Positions 44,604 to 56,166 of a stretch of DNA of 64,000 nt are shown piece after piece. The notes under the pieces were generated by a model. The model had not been told where the DNA came from. It made no database searches and saw nothing but the letters and a program-made list of their open reading frames with translations. The stretch lies in NCBI GenBank assembly GCA_000004985.1, contig GG738850.1. One strand, written 5' to 3'. The translations under genes and the position numbers were made by a program. This DNA comes from Naegleria gruberi. Lineage: Eukaryota. Each line of letters begins with the position of its first letter. Position 1 is the first letter of the stretch.

Positions 44604-45425
44604 TCACAAAATGTTAACAATTTCATATTCAATGCAATTATTTTCTTGTTTTATTTTGTTCATTGTTGAACTAATTGATTTGATATTATGTACATTTGAT
44701 TTTCTTTCTTTACTACCACTAATTATGTCAATAGTTTCAAATTCAGATAATAAACCATGGTAGTTATTTATCTTATCAGTGATTGATTCTTGTTTGATGC
44801 TTTCCACAGTGAATGTTGATTCGTCTTGTTCCGATTCTTCTTCTTGTTCTTCAGAACATTCAGGGAAGCATTCATCAAAGATAGATGATGAAATTGAAAC
44901 ACAACTCAATGGAGTTTCTTCATCATCATCTTCATAGGAATAGACTGAGTAGACATCGGATGAATTATCTTCATCAGATTCTTCGCATTCATCGTATTGT
45001 TCATAAGTAGTAGAACAATCACTATTGTTGTTATCAATCTTTCTTAAACTATCAATGAGCAATTCTCTTCTCATATATTCAGAGTCGAATGAATCACCAA
45101 GATCATTCTTCCAAGACATGATGATATCATCAACTCTTTCAATTTCTTCTTCCATATACCAGAGATCCATTTCTAAGTTGTTTGTTATTAGGAAAGTCCA
45201 AAATTTTCTATGTATATTTGATGATTTTGAACTAGTGTTCGAATATTCTTCTTCATGCAAAAGCCTTGTTATGCTATTTGAGTACAAGTAGACTTGATGT
45301 TGTCTCTTTTTTTTTGATTTGTATCGTTGCTTGAATTTGCAGTGAAACATTTTAAACCTACGCTCTGTTGCATCAATAGCGCGGACGAATGAAATTGTTG
45401 AACGTGCTTTGATGAGCTGCTTCAA
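44604..45425 (-). CDS. Hypothetical acidic protein (273 aa)
   Basis: ORF with a basic N-terminus (KKKRQHQ) and a D/E/S-rich C-terminal half; no domain recognised. Confidence 0.45.
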   Translation of the reverse strand: MKQLIKARSTISFVRAIDATERRFKMFHCKFKQRYKSKKKRQHQVYLYSNSITRLLHEEEYSNTSSKSSNIHRKFWTFLITNNLEMDLWYMEEEIERVDDIIMSWKNDLGDSFDSEYMRRELLIDSLRKIDNNNSDCSTTYEQYDECEESDEDNSSDVYSVYSYEDDDEETPLSCVSISSSIFDECFPECSEEQEEESEQDESTFTVESIKQESITDKINNYHGLLSEFETIDIISGSKERKSNVHNIKSISSTMNKIKQENNCIEYEIVNIL

Positions 45426-45995
45426 GTCACATCATCAAACCAAGAGCGCAATTTTCTTTGTTCCTTCCGCACTGTATTTTACCTCGTGAGGAAGCGTTGA
45501 TGGCTCACTTGCTACGTGTTTGCTGAGGTGGATGAAACGTTTGAAAAAACACGATCACGTTCTATTAGAGGTCAAATTGATTGTGCTTGCGCAGCAGTAA
45601 AGGACTTTCTCGTTGGATTCTTAGTTGCATTGGCGATGTTATCTTGGTATGGAAAACGTACGATCATGTCTGAGAATCTCAAATTGATAATCGTTTTGAT
45701 ATGATTGAGGTTAAAGTGTAATAATAGTTTGTAAAATGATCCACCTATTTTGATTAGATGAACTAAGAATCAGTTCAATCAAATTGAATATTGTAGATTT
45801 TCAAATCATAAACAGATGGCAACTTTTGATTGAGCATTTTGATTCTGAAATTAAATCACTTCTTTGTTGAAATTTCCAGCTTGTGATTTATTTTCCAATC
45901 TCCAATTTTTTTGAGTTTGGACAAAGATACTCATTGGAAGGTCAATATTCGAAACTCATCTAATGATACAGAAATTCAAAACGGAATAATTCAAA

Positions 45996-46883
45996 TTGTT
46001 GACTATCTTATTACAATTATTTAAAAAAATGTCGCATGCACCACAAGAAGAAACACTTGTGAACACAAGCAGGAAGGCTACAAATTTTCTCTTCCTTACA
46101 GATTACTTGATTGGAGGAGCTTCTCGAGCCATCGGAAGAACATTAACAGCACCAATTGATCGATTCATGATTCTCCTTCATCACCCAGAAAAACCCAAGT
46201 TTCCGCAAGCTTGTTTCTTGTTTTGGAGAGGAAATTTACTCAACATGATCAAATCATTCTTTCCAAATACTGTGGTTTTTAATTTTGCCATCAAGGATTT
46301 GATAAAGAGGCAGAATTATTTACCATTTCAAGCAGTTGATCAGAGAGGATATGGATTTGTGGTGAATCAGTTTGTGAGTGGTGGTTTGGCAGGTGCTTGT
46401 TGTGAATTTGTGAGATTCCCTTTTGATAATATTATGAAATTTAGGGTGGGTCAATTGGGTAGTGGAATGGAAAAGTATTTCGGATTGTTTAAAGGGGCTG
46501 GTATTTCAGTAATGAGCGCAATGGTTTATCGTTCGTTATATTTTGGATTAAATGATTCATTGAGAGAAGTGAATACTTACAGGAACGATTTGGGAGTGAA
46601 AGGAGTCATATCTAAATATGGGATAGCTCAATTAGCATCAGCAAGTGCTTGGATTATGAACAGTCCAATTAGCACCATACATAGAAGAATGATCATGCAA
46701 CAACAATATTCCCCCAATCAATGGCATTATAATTCCTCAATAGATTGTTTCAAAAAAATACTACGAAACGAAGGAATTTCCTCCTTCTTTAGAGGCTTGA
46801 GATTTTCGAACACTATTGGGCCTGCAGTTATTTTGACTCTCTATGATCAAGCCCATTGTTACTTATTTGAACAGGAGAAGTAG
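45996..46883 (+). CDS. Divergent mitochondrial carrier family protein (295 aa)
   Basis: Three degenerate carrier repeats: TAPIDRFMILL, RFPFDNIMKFRV, NSPISTIHRRMIM, plus FWRGN / FFRGL glycine motifs. The likely true start is the second Met (MSHAPQEE, 46029). Confidence 0.65.
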   Translation: MLTILLQLFKKMSHAPQEETLVNTSRKATNFLFLTDYLIGGASRAIGRTLTAPIDRFMILLHHPEKPKFPQACFLFWRGNLLNMIKSFFPNTVVFNFAIKDLIKRQNYLPFQAVDQRGYGFVVNQFVSGGLAGACCEFVRFPFDNIMKFRVGQLGSGMEKYFGLFKGAGISVMSAMVYRSLYFGLNDSLREVNTYRNDLGVKGVISKYGIAQLASASAWIMNSPISTIHRRMIMQQQYSPNQWHYNSSIDCFKKILRNEGISSFFRGLRFSNTIGPAVILTLYDQAHCYLFEQEK

Positions 46884-47301
46884 TCCATGTTATTGTCTAG
46901 TAAAGGTTGTCTTCCTGATTATACCAAAAAAGTCCACAATAAGGTGAAATGTATTGAGGAGTTAAGGTACAGTTCGAAGAGTTTGTTCAACTTGAAGGAT
47001 TAGTAAACAATTCTAGGATTTGCCATGTTGAGTAAGTGTCCAAAGAATTCCAGCCAGAGTTGTATTATTATCTAGTTTTTGTGTCAAACCTATAGTTCCA
47101 TTTCCATAGCTAGGTTCTACATCAGGTACAAGTACTCCAATAACTGAACTTCAAAATTGCTGAATACTGTTAACGAAATTTAGTTAAATTGTTACTATAA
47201 TCAGATTTAATCTGGATTGTCTCTGATTATGTAGTTTTTGAAAAGAAGACAAGTTATTGAACTTTCAGAAAGACTGGTTTAAATAAACCAGTCCAATAAA
47301 A

Positions 47302-48282
47302 ATGCCAAGAACACTTTTCTCTGCACTTCCACACGAAACACTTCAACACATATTATCTTTTGGAGTTTGCAATCTATCTTCTTGCAAAAGAGAGGAACTT
47401 TATTCATGTATTCGATTTGTTTCCAATTTTCAATCTTTAAACAAGCAACTTTCTTCCGAAATGCAACGCTATTTTAATGAATTTTGGTGGCTAGTAGTAA
47501 AGAAAACAGTTGGATATAATTTATTATTAGAAACTGAGTATAATCAATTAAAAGAGAAAATGATTGAAATTGGAGAATTAAAAAGGAAGGCATTAATTGC
47601 TAAATATATTACAAGAAATGCTCGTACAAGATATTCAGATGTGAGATTGTTAGTATTTGGCTATAAAAAAGTTGGAAAATCAGCAATTACCATTCAATTC
47701 TTACAAGGAGTTTTCATATCAGAATATTCATCATTATGTGACGATTCCTATCGTAAACCATATGAAGTAGATGGCCATTACGGATTACTAGATATTCTAG
47801 ATTGCTCTACAGATGCTGATCCATCATCTGCATTGAGGGATGGACATGTAATTTCTGGAAATAGTTATTTAATTGTTTGGGATGTTTCCAATACAGAAAA
47901 CTTATTGGAAAAGACTGACACCTTGTTAAGCCAATTATTCGAACTCAGATTCATTAGGAATACTCAGGTTATGAATAACTTTCCAATTGTATTTGCTTTG
48001 AATAAGACGGATTTATTAGAGGATTCCAATGGAAGTAATGTTATAATTGAGAAATGCAGAAATGCAATTAATGAAGTTATCAGAAAGAAAGAGTTGAATA
48101 ATTGTGCAATTATTGAATGTAGTGCTAAAAAAGGAGAAAATATACATTCTTTATTTGAAGAGTGTGTGAGAAGAGAGAGACTAATGACTGACCAAGATCA
48201 TTTATCTTTATTGAAGAATGTTTTGACACATGATTCGAAATGCATTCACCGAAGCACTAACAAATCATGCACCCTTCATTGA
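47302..48282 (+). CDS. F-box-like + Ras-like GTPase fusion protein (326 aa)
   Basis: N-terminal LPHETLQHILSFGVCNL is F-box-like. The GTPase domain has an intact P-loop FGYKKVGKS, NKTDL (NKxD) and CSAK, but switch II DxxGQ is replaced by LDILDCSTDAD. Confidence 0.65.
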   Translation: MPRTLFSALPHETLQHILSFGVCNLSSCKREELYSCIRFVSNFQSLNKQLSSEMQRYFNEFWWLVVKKTVGYNLLLETEYNQLKEKMIEIGELKRKALIAKYITRNARTRYSDVRLLVFGYKKVGKSAITIQFLQGVFISEYSSLCDDSYRKPYEVDGHYGLLDILDCSTDADPSSALRDGHVISGNSYLIVWDVSNTENLLEKTDTLLSQLFELRFIRNTQVMNNFPIVFALNKTDLLEDSNGSNVIIEKCRNAINEVIRKKELNNCAIIECSAKKGENIHSLFEECVRRERLMTDQDHLSLLKNVLTHDSKCIHRSTNKSCTLH

Positions 48283-48460
48283 CTTGTACAGAAATAACCT
48301 GTCGTTAACTCATCCTTAATCAATATCAAGATAAGAAAAATCATTGCATCTACCACGACTGTCCAATATTGTGTTTTCAAAATCAAGATTGAATGTTTCA
48401 ACAAGGTATCAATCAACAATCAACATATAAAGTGATTTAGTTGCCTACCACCAAGAAAAA

Positions 48461-49921
48461 ATGTCACAACATCATCACAACAATACTAGACCCAATTTAT
48501 TAGAAAATATTCCTTTGGAAGTTTGGCAGAGTTGTATTTTTGAATATTGGCTCGGACCCATTCATGAAATCAATCAGTGTTTGGATAAATTGAATATTGA
48601 TGAAATTGAAAAGTTTAAAAATGTAATTTATTCAAAGATTATTGATGGATTGGATTTGATGAGTGTGCGGAGTGTTCATAAACTTTGTTATTTGGTTTCT
48701 AGGAGATTTAGAGAATTGTTTATAAAGGAAATGGACGAGTTTTGGTTGAAGGTATCGAATATGTTGGAGATGGCTGTTTATTGGAGAAGGTATGAAACTT
48801 CAAAAGGTGCTACATTAGCACAGGGTGATATTACGGCCATAGATTCTATTCCCTATGTGCAAATGCAAAAATTAATTGAGGCCACTGAAATGAATCTAAA
48901 TAGAGAATATACTGATATTATTGATCCATCCATGTGTAGAGAACACTGGCATAATTCAAATATTAAAAAAAAGAATGATGTAAATACGGAGCTGATGCAT
49001 CAGGAATTTGTAAAGAGATTTGAAAAATTAATCATCTCTCAAGAAAAATACGAAAAGATTAGAAAAGTAACTCAACTCGATAGCTATGATTTGTTTTTAC
49101 ACAAGTCATTTATAATATCATTGGACATGATTTCATATTTCGATAGTGAAAGGTCTAATTCAGGTTATTCTAGTTTTAGCACTGAGACTCAATGTCAATT
49201 ATTCAATAAGGGGCTCTTTTCCTTAAAACCTAACCCTAACTCTCTTGGATTAATTATTTCACATGCAGAAAACTCAGAGGAAGTACTTAACATTGATTCA
49301 AAATTCATAGCTATTTCAATTTCAAACTCTGAATGGGCAGAAAAGCAGTTTACAAACATTCCAAATACTGTACAATATCTATGTCTTGAATTCAATCATC
49401 ACTCCTATTCAGGGTATAAGAGCTTGATAGATAAACGCCTATTTGATGAGAATGATCCTGTATTTCCCAATGTTCGTGATCTAACCATTAGAATCGGATA
49501 TCCTGAAGATGATGACTATTTCCTCCACAATTTAGTCATTGAAAAGAATATTCTTTCTGGAATAACAAGGACGAGATTTCCAAAATTGATAAGAATTTCA
49601 ATTTGTGGCTTTGGATCAATGGAATCTCTGTTAGATTGTGAAATTTTGAGCCAATTACCTTATGTGGAAATTATTCAATTCTCTCATGGATATGATTACG
49701 AATTGACTCGTCATTGGTCAGAAAGAAAAGTTCATGAATTAGTAACAAGACATCAAGATTCATTGATTCATCATTTGGTAGTTCATGCATGTATTAGTAG
49801 AATCAATAATGATGCTGATTATGGTTCAATTAAGGAATATTACAATCTCAGTAAGCCAAAGTTTGTGGCTTCCATTTCTCATTCCTCATTCAATGAATAT
49901 TACGAAAATTGCTTCGAATAA
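48461..49921 (+). CDS. F-box-like protein (486 aa)
   Basis: N-terminal LENIPLEVWQSCIFEYWLGPI is F-box-like and an N-terminal His run is present. The rest is unassigned, with an LRR-like periodicity late in the protein (...LTIRIGYPEDDDYFLHNLVIEKNILSGITRTRFPKLIRISICGF...). Confidence 0.55.
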   Translation: MSQHHHNNTRPNLLENIPLEVWQSCIFEYWLGPIHEINQCLDKLNIDEIEKFKNVIYSKIIDGLDLMSVRSVHKLCYLVSRRFRELFIKEMDEFWLKVSNMLEMAVYWRRYETSKGATLAQGDITAIDSIPYVQMQKLIEATEMNLNREYTDIIDPSMCREHWHNSNIKKKNDVNTELMHQEFVKRFEKLIISQEKYEKIRKVTQLDSYDLFLHKSFIISLDMISYFDSERSNSGYSSFSTETQCQLFNKGLFSLKPNPNSLGLIISHAENSEEVLNIDSKFIAISISNSEWAEKQFTNIPNTVQYLCLEFNHHSYSGYKSLIDKRLFDENDPVFPNVRDLTIRIGYPEDDDYFLHNLVIEKNILSGITRTRFPKLIRISICGFGSMESLLDCEILSQLPYVEIIQFSHGYDYELTRHWSERKVHELVTRHQDSLIHHLVVHACISRINNDADYGSIKEYYNLSKPKFVASISHSSFNEYYENCFE

Positions 49922-50146
49922 ATTAAGTGGCTTGATTAGAATAGTAAAAACTCATATATTTGTATCAGTAAACAATGGTATCCCAATTTTCAATTTTTTG
50001 TTATCCTTCACAAATTAGTAAATTGTGTAATTTTTAATTAAAAAAAATTATCGCTTCACCACCCACTCGCATGATTCTTCATCAATTAGTGTAATTCGGA
50101 ATCAAATAATCTTCACACAAAATTATCATAATCATCGGGTGTAAAA

Positions 50147-53100
50147 ATGGAGCGAACATTATCATCGACAAATTGGAATAGAAAATTTAATTGTTCCGAA
50201 CAACGACAACGATCATCAATTCATATTGTAAATTATTTAATAGTGATAATTATTAGTTTTATTCTCATTAGTCATGGAATTAATTCAGTGATGGGAAAGA
50301 TTAGATATTTTGATACAAATAGTTTATTTGAACAAAATTATGTTCACTCAACGACATCAACAAGTGCTTCTGATGATGATGATACGGATTATTCGGCCCT
50401 ATTTTCAGATACATCACCACAACTTTCACTATTTAATATTCACAAGATTATTTCAGCGAGATTTGTCTTTTCAAAATTTAACGAGTTTATTTATTTACCA
50501 TCGAAATCTAATTCTACAATGGTGTTTTACTTTTTGACAGTTCTTAAAGATGGATTTGTCAAAATTGATTGTGATGGTGTTATTAACACAAAGGATTCAA
50601 CAATTTCAAGTACACTTGTAGTTGGAAAATATAATTTGGAAGAAGAAAAAGTTGTTTGGGCTGCCAAGCAAGAAATTCAATACTTTTTCGGTAAACCATT
50701 TGCATACGTAACAGAAAAAGATGAGATTATTATCAGTTGTAATATCAAAGATGATCAAGGTATTTTCTCAAAAAAGTTCTTTTCAGTGAATGGTGTATCA
50801 ACAAAACAACCTTCATTCGTCAACAAGAATACTGCACGAGAAGTCAACATTGTCATGGAAGGTAGTATTGATCGATTTTCTACTATTGGTAATCAAAGTG
50901 AAGGGTTTTTAGTGTTTGGTGCTAAAAATTTGAGAAAAACAAACTCTCTTTACGATTCTAAAAAGGAGACTTTGCATTTAGAAACATCTGTTATGGCTTC
51001 TTTTTATGCTGATGGATCACCTAGATGGAATGTGAAATTAGGTATGTGTTTAGTTTCATTTTTATATTCATAATACTGATCCAAGTTTATGGAAATATTG
51101 AGTTTTTTGAGCTTCTTTCAGTTAAAGTAGTTAGTTTATCAAATAACACTATACCCATTGTTGCTTGCTTTAATTATCTTGGAAGTGGCAGCCTAAAAAC
51201 TTTTGAGAGCCTTCAGGATACCTTTGTAGCACAAACAGATTCAGGATTCGAAAATACTAATTTCAGACTTTTTTCAAAGTACTTTTCAGCTGGAGTTTAT
51301 AGTATTTCTGAAACAGGGGTGTTTTCAGAACTATTTTCATTAAGAGCTTATCCTACAGGTGATTCAACAAGTGCCAACATTCTTGTTAAAGGGTTTTACT
51401 ATGACAAGGACAAGAAAATCTACATTTTATTAATTTATATGAAAGGATATCTTACTTTTTCTAAAACCAGTCATGGAGGATCCAATATGGAAGGAAATAT
51501 AATTTACACATCTACCAACAGAACTGGAGATTATATTCTTGTGAAATATACTGAGGGAGGTACTCCAGTATGCGTTCCTACATCATACATTGGTGATGAT
51601 CCTATTGTAACTACAAATTATTTTATCAATAAGAGAGTTTCTATTGAATCCTACAATAGTTCAAAGCTGCATTTGGAAGTGATAGATATTGAAACAGGAA
51701 CTATCAGGGATAATTTGGCAATTGACATTCAATCCGAAGACCCGTATGGCATTCAGTACGAATTATTTTATGAAAAGAGAAGATATTTAATTGTAAGAGG
51801 AACAACTCAAAATAATGGAACAATATTAATTAATAACAAGTTTTATGTAAAGCCATCAAAGGGTCAGTCAGAATTGGTATTTGTTCTGTACTTGAATACT
51901 CACCCAGAATATGGTAAACGTGAATTGGAATGTGATCAACAACTCAAATGCAGAGCGGTAAGTTTGAATTTTCAATCATTTTTAATTGTTCGATTAGAAT
52001 GCAAATGACAAGATTTGTCAAGCACATGGTATTTGTAATATGGAACAAAAATGTGAATGTGATGAATTCTATATGGGAGATTTTTGTGAAACATATTATA
52101 GAAATACTTTTATAGCAGTTATGGCAACTGTAGGAGTCATATTGATTACTCTGACAGGAAGTGTTTTAACAGGCATCGGAATGTATGCTTACAGAACAAT
52201 AGCTAAACGTCTAAAGCGTTTGCAGAGCAAGGTTAAGGCTGAACAAGAATTGGAACAAAAATTATTGGAATTTGTTGGACTTAATATTAACGAAACTACG
52301 TTTAATTTCAAAACATGGCTCATTCCATTCGAACAATTAACAATTGACAGAGAAATTGCTAGCTCTAATGGAAGAACAATTTTCCAAGGCTCATGGAAAG
52401 GAACATCTGTTGCCATTAAGAAGGTTAGACTAGAAGATTCCTTTGATTACCATGAGGATACTAAGGAATTGAACCTGGATAAAACATTGGAAAGAGAAGC
52501 AGCCATTTTGAGTAGAGTTAGACATCCTAATATTTTGAGATTCTGGGGTTTGGCATTTACTCAAACTGAACAATTTTTAGTGAGTGAGTTATTTACCTTG
52601 AGTATGGATCAAATTATTGATGAGGCAAAAAGAGGAGATCTCTACATTCCAATCCTTTGTAAACTTCAAATTCTACACGATATTGCATGTTCAATGACCT
52701 ATTTACATGAATTTGATCCTCCAATTCTTCACAGAAATTTAAAACCATCCAATATTATGGTAAGTTTTCAGGAAATTTTATTGATTTTCCTTACAATTTC
52801 AAGTTGAGTGAAGACGTCAGATATGGAAAAATACTTTCTGCTGTAAAGCCAAAAATCGCTGACTTTGGATTGTCTACACACTTGAGAGAAGATAATGTTC
52901 TTACGATGCAAATCGGTAATGTTCTATACTCAGATCCTCTCATCTTTAAGGGTGAAAGATATTCTGAAAAGTGTGATGTTTACAGTTTCTCAATGATAAT
53001 GTACGAAATGTTTTTTGAAACAGAACCATACAAAACTTCAGATAAGGTTGGAGAAATTAAGGAAAATTATAATCAATACTCAGTTCTTCCAAACAAGATA

Positions 53101-53343
53101 TCTGAAGGGTACAGACCAAAGATTCCTTTCACAAAAACTCTTGAATCGATTGGTGATTGGATGGAATCTAATTTAGAGTTAATCAATGAACGAATTACAG
53201 ATCCAGAAAATTTAGCAAAATGCATCCAATCCTATTCTGAACTAATGAAGAAATGTTGGTCTGGTGATCAAGATGAAAGACCTTCTTTCCGTGCCATCCA
53301 AGTTTCTATCCAGCAAATTATCAAAGCTTTGGAAATTAAATAA
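50147..53343 (+). CDS. Single-pass receptor-like protein kinase (TKL-like), 4 exons: 50147..51041, 51086..51957, 52013..52759, 52804..53343 (about 1,017 aa); predicted pseudokinase (HRD to HRN)
   Basis: Signal/anchor ILISHGINSV, then a large Cys-poor ectodomain. An EGF-like module CRA|ICQAHGICNMEQKCECDEFYMGDFCE is assembled across the 55-nt intron 51958..52012. TM segment FIAVMATVGVILITLTGSVLTGIGMYAY. Kinase elements: GSWKGTSVAIKK (VAIK), E in helix C, HRNLKPSNIM (catalytic Asp replaced by Asn), IADFGLS (DFG), APE-like region, CW..RPSF. The first and last introns are 44 nt (GTATGT and GTAAGT donors); phases verified against all four ORF-track frames. Confidence 0.8.
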
Positions 53344-53649
53344 TAATATATTTAACACTCTTACTGTGCCTATTACATACCTTATTATAGCAAGAATACC
53401 AAATTTACCTCATTACAGCTCGTTATCATTAAGGAAGAGATGAAAAACTGAACATGTCTGCTATTTTTATGTAGCAATGATATCAAAAATTAAAAGGGCA
53501 CAAATCAATAAAATATATTTTCTTATCATTTTTTAAAAACAAACGCTAAACACAACAGCACTGCTATTTTTCAGCGACGTCTTGGACTTTTGGAGAGGAT
53601 CCATCATCATAAAAGCAGCAACAACAACAATAACAACAGTATATAATAA

Positions 53650-56166
53650 TTGAAGATGCAGGCATTGTTGAAAAGGAAGAAAGTTGCCAAGTTTAATTTT
53701 AAAATAACAATTCTCCACTTGATGAAATTACCAAAGAGTGGAGTTATATTGTATATAACATGGAAGAGAGGAAAGAAACATAAAGGAGAAACAAAAAAAG
53801 CCTTTGCCAAAGATAAAACAGCATCATGGGAAGAAGAAATTGAATTTAAAGGAACATTGTTTAAAAATTCTAAAGGAAAATATAAGAAGAAGTTTTTGGA
53901 ATTACATCTTCACCAAGTAGGAGATAAAAAGAAGAAGAGTGAGATTGGACACTTATCTATTAATTTAGCAGATTATTCATCTTTGCAAATGGAAAGTCGA
54001 TCCGAAACTAGAACATTTACTGTACCTATGTGGGGAGGATCATCAAATGGTGAATTGAAAATCAAGATTGAAAGTAATCCAAGATTGAAATCCGATCCAA
54101 ATGATTTAACAACATTTACTGATAATACCACCATGACTGATGCTACTGAAGATAGTGAAGAAGATAATCAAGGAGGTTTTAGATCGAAAGGATTTAGAGA
54201 ATATGGTGAGGATGATGATGATCATTTCGGAGAGCATGATGATGAAGAAATTGTAGAAAATGAAGACTTTGATATGGAAGATGATGATAATAGATTTAAT
54301 CGTGAAGATGATGATGTAAGAAGTGGTGGAAGTAATGACCAAGCTAGTGATAGGGAGGATTTCAATAATTCACCTCCTAGAGGTTCTTCTTCAAGAGTGA
54401 CCAGGAGCAGAGATGATTTGAGTGATGGTTTGGATGACGACATGGATGAAGACTTTAATAGTGGAGATGAAGAATTGGATGAAGAACCAGTTGCCAAGAA
54501 ACCAGAACCAAAACCACTTTCAGGTGTTAGTGCCTTTGAAAGAAGAGGTGTTATTGGATCAAGAAATAAGGACAGAAGACGTCAAAATATGAGTTTAACG
54601 AATGAACTTGATTCTGATGCCTTCTTGAAGAATTTGGAAAAAACCAATGAATCAATTCAACAAAGACAGAAGAGAAAAGTCATTGAAGAACCTGTTAAAA
54701 CAAATACTAATAATAATAATGCTTCTGATGATGAAAACAGTATGACTGGAGACGACCAATCAAGTAGCCACAATGAAGAATTGGAAAAAGCCAAGAAGGA
54801 ATTGGAGAAACTTGAAATTAATAGACGAGTAACTGAAGAAAAATTAGCAAAGGCTCAAAAAGAAAACAACGAGAAGAACCTTGTTTTTTATCTAATTACA
54901 GACAAATTACCTGAATATTCACGTGAAATTCCAGTTTCTGCTCCATTGATTTATAAGGCTCTCAAACATTGGGATTCTTTCAAGCCAGAAAATAATTCAT
55001 TAATTTCCAAGATTATTACTGCCCTGACTTCTGTCATTAGAAGTAATGACACTAAATTTGATACATTATGCTATTGGTTATCTGTCATGTTAAGTTTACT
55101 CACCCTTTTACAAAAAGACTTCCCAATTACTCATTCCCACGAACAAGGTGTTCAAGTTGACTTACTCAAGGATTTAGATTTGTCTTCAATCAATGTTGGT
55201 AGTAGAGGTATCCTAGATGATGTTTTGCCATCAAAGGAAACAACTGTTGGATATATTGAAATGTTAGAAGCAGTTGTTAAAACAGTATTAGAATTGGATA
55301 AGGAAAAGGGTATAAGAACAACTAGCATTTCACTTGTTGCTTCAGATAATGGTAATGATGATGACAACTCATTTGCTTTTGAGGGTCCTGTTTCTCAATT
55401 CAAAAAGGATTTATTGGAGTTAATTCATAAGATTTTTGTGATTCTGTACCAAGATGTGATTCGTAAATTACTTCCACTTCTTTTTGAAGGTTTATTTGGT
55501 AAGAATGGGCAACCATCTTCAAATGCTGATGCAAACAAAATTGGAAAAGTACTTGATGAAACATTCAAGCTATTCAAGAATAACTTTATACCAAAGACAT
55601 TCAGAGAACAATTTTTCGGACAAGTATTCTACTTTATTAATTGCTTTGCTTTCAATGCAGTGTATTCACATAAGAGAAATTACTGCAATATGAGTTCTGG
55701 TATTATGTTAAAGATGAGCGTCTCTATATTGGAACTATGGGCTGAAGAAAGAAACTTTGAGTTTTGTACTTCCAAACAATTCACACAAGGAGTTGTTATT
55801 ACAGGAATAGGGATGCTTTTCTTGAGACAAACAGCTGACGTGATGATTACTGCCAAGTCTTCACTTGTTGATAAATCCTCAAGACAATTGGTTTGTCCAT
55901 TGCTTTCTGATACTCAATTGAAAAGAGCTTTGGAAAATTACAAGAAGGACGATTTTGATAATGTTGTTCCTTCATCAGTGCTGAATAATATTCACTCTGA
56001 TAAGAGTAAGCCAAAATATTTATTGAATGGATCCCTTATCTTTAAACCAAACCTCGAGTACCTTTCACAAAATTCCTCATCTCTTAATATTATGAACGAT
56101 GCTATCTTCCAAAACAATATACCTGCACAATTACAGGACGAGGAATTCGATTTCCTCACCAAATAA
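53650..56166 (+). CDS. Protein with N-terminal NT-C2 (EEIG1/EHBP1-type C2) domain, acidic D/E-rich middle and conserved helical C-terminal domain (838 aa)
   Basis: N-terminus KFNFKITILHLMKLPKSGVILYITWKRGKKHKGET...FLELHLHQVG...GHLSINLADY has the NT-C2 pattern. The acidic stretch lies at about 54100-54500. The C-terminus LLPLLFEGLFG...FYFINCFAFNAVYSH...ILELWAEE resembles DIL/PMI1-type tails. An (AAC)n microsatellite sits in the 5' region at about 53620-53650. Confidence 0.6.
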   Translation: MKMQALLKRKKVAKFNFKITILHLMKLPKSGVILYITWKRGKKHKGETKKAFAKDKTASWEEEIEFKGTLFKNSKGKYKKKFLELHLHQVGDKKKKSEIGHLSINLADYSSLQMESRSETRTFTVPMWGGSSNGELKIKIESNPRLKSDPNDLTTFTDNTTMTDATEDSEEDNQGGFRSKGFREYGEDDDDHFGEHDDEEIVENEDFDMEDDDNRFNREDDDVRSGGSNDQASDREDFNNSPPRGSSSRVTRSRDDLSDGLDDDMDEDFNSGDEELDEEPVAKKPEPKPLSGVSAFERRGVIGSRNKDRRRQNMSLTNELDSDAFLKNLEKTNESIQQRQKRKVIEEPVKTNTNNNNASDDENSMTGDDQSSSHNEELEKAKKELEKLEINRRVTEEKLAKAQKENNEKNLVFYLITDKLPEYSREIPVSAPLIYKALKHWDSFKPENNSLISKIITALTSVIRSNDTKFDTLCYWLSVMLSLLTLLQKDFPITHSHEQGVQVDLLKDLDLSSINVGSRGILDDVLPSKETTVGYIEMLEAVVKTVLELDKEKGIRTTSISLVASDNGNDDDNSFAFEGPVSQFKKDLLELIHKIFVILYQDVIRKLLPLLFEGLFGKNGQPSSNADANKIGKVLDETFKLFKNNFIPKTFREQFFGQVFYFINCFAFNAVYSHKRNYCNMSSGIMLKMSVSILELWAEERNFEFCTSKQFTQGVVITGIGMLFLRQTADVMITAKSSLVDKSSRQLVCPLLSDTQLKRALENYKKDDFDNVVPSSVLNNIHSDKSKPKYLLNGSLIFKPNLEYLSQNSSSLNIMNDAIFQNNIPAQLQDEEFDFLTK

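Noticed and set aside
53607-53810. Minus-strand ORF ending in a poly-Leu run
   Set aside because: It is the reverse translation of an (AAC)n microsatellite in the 5' region of the NT-C2 gene, not a gene.
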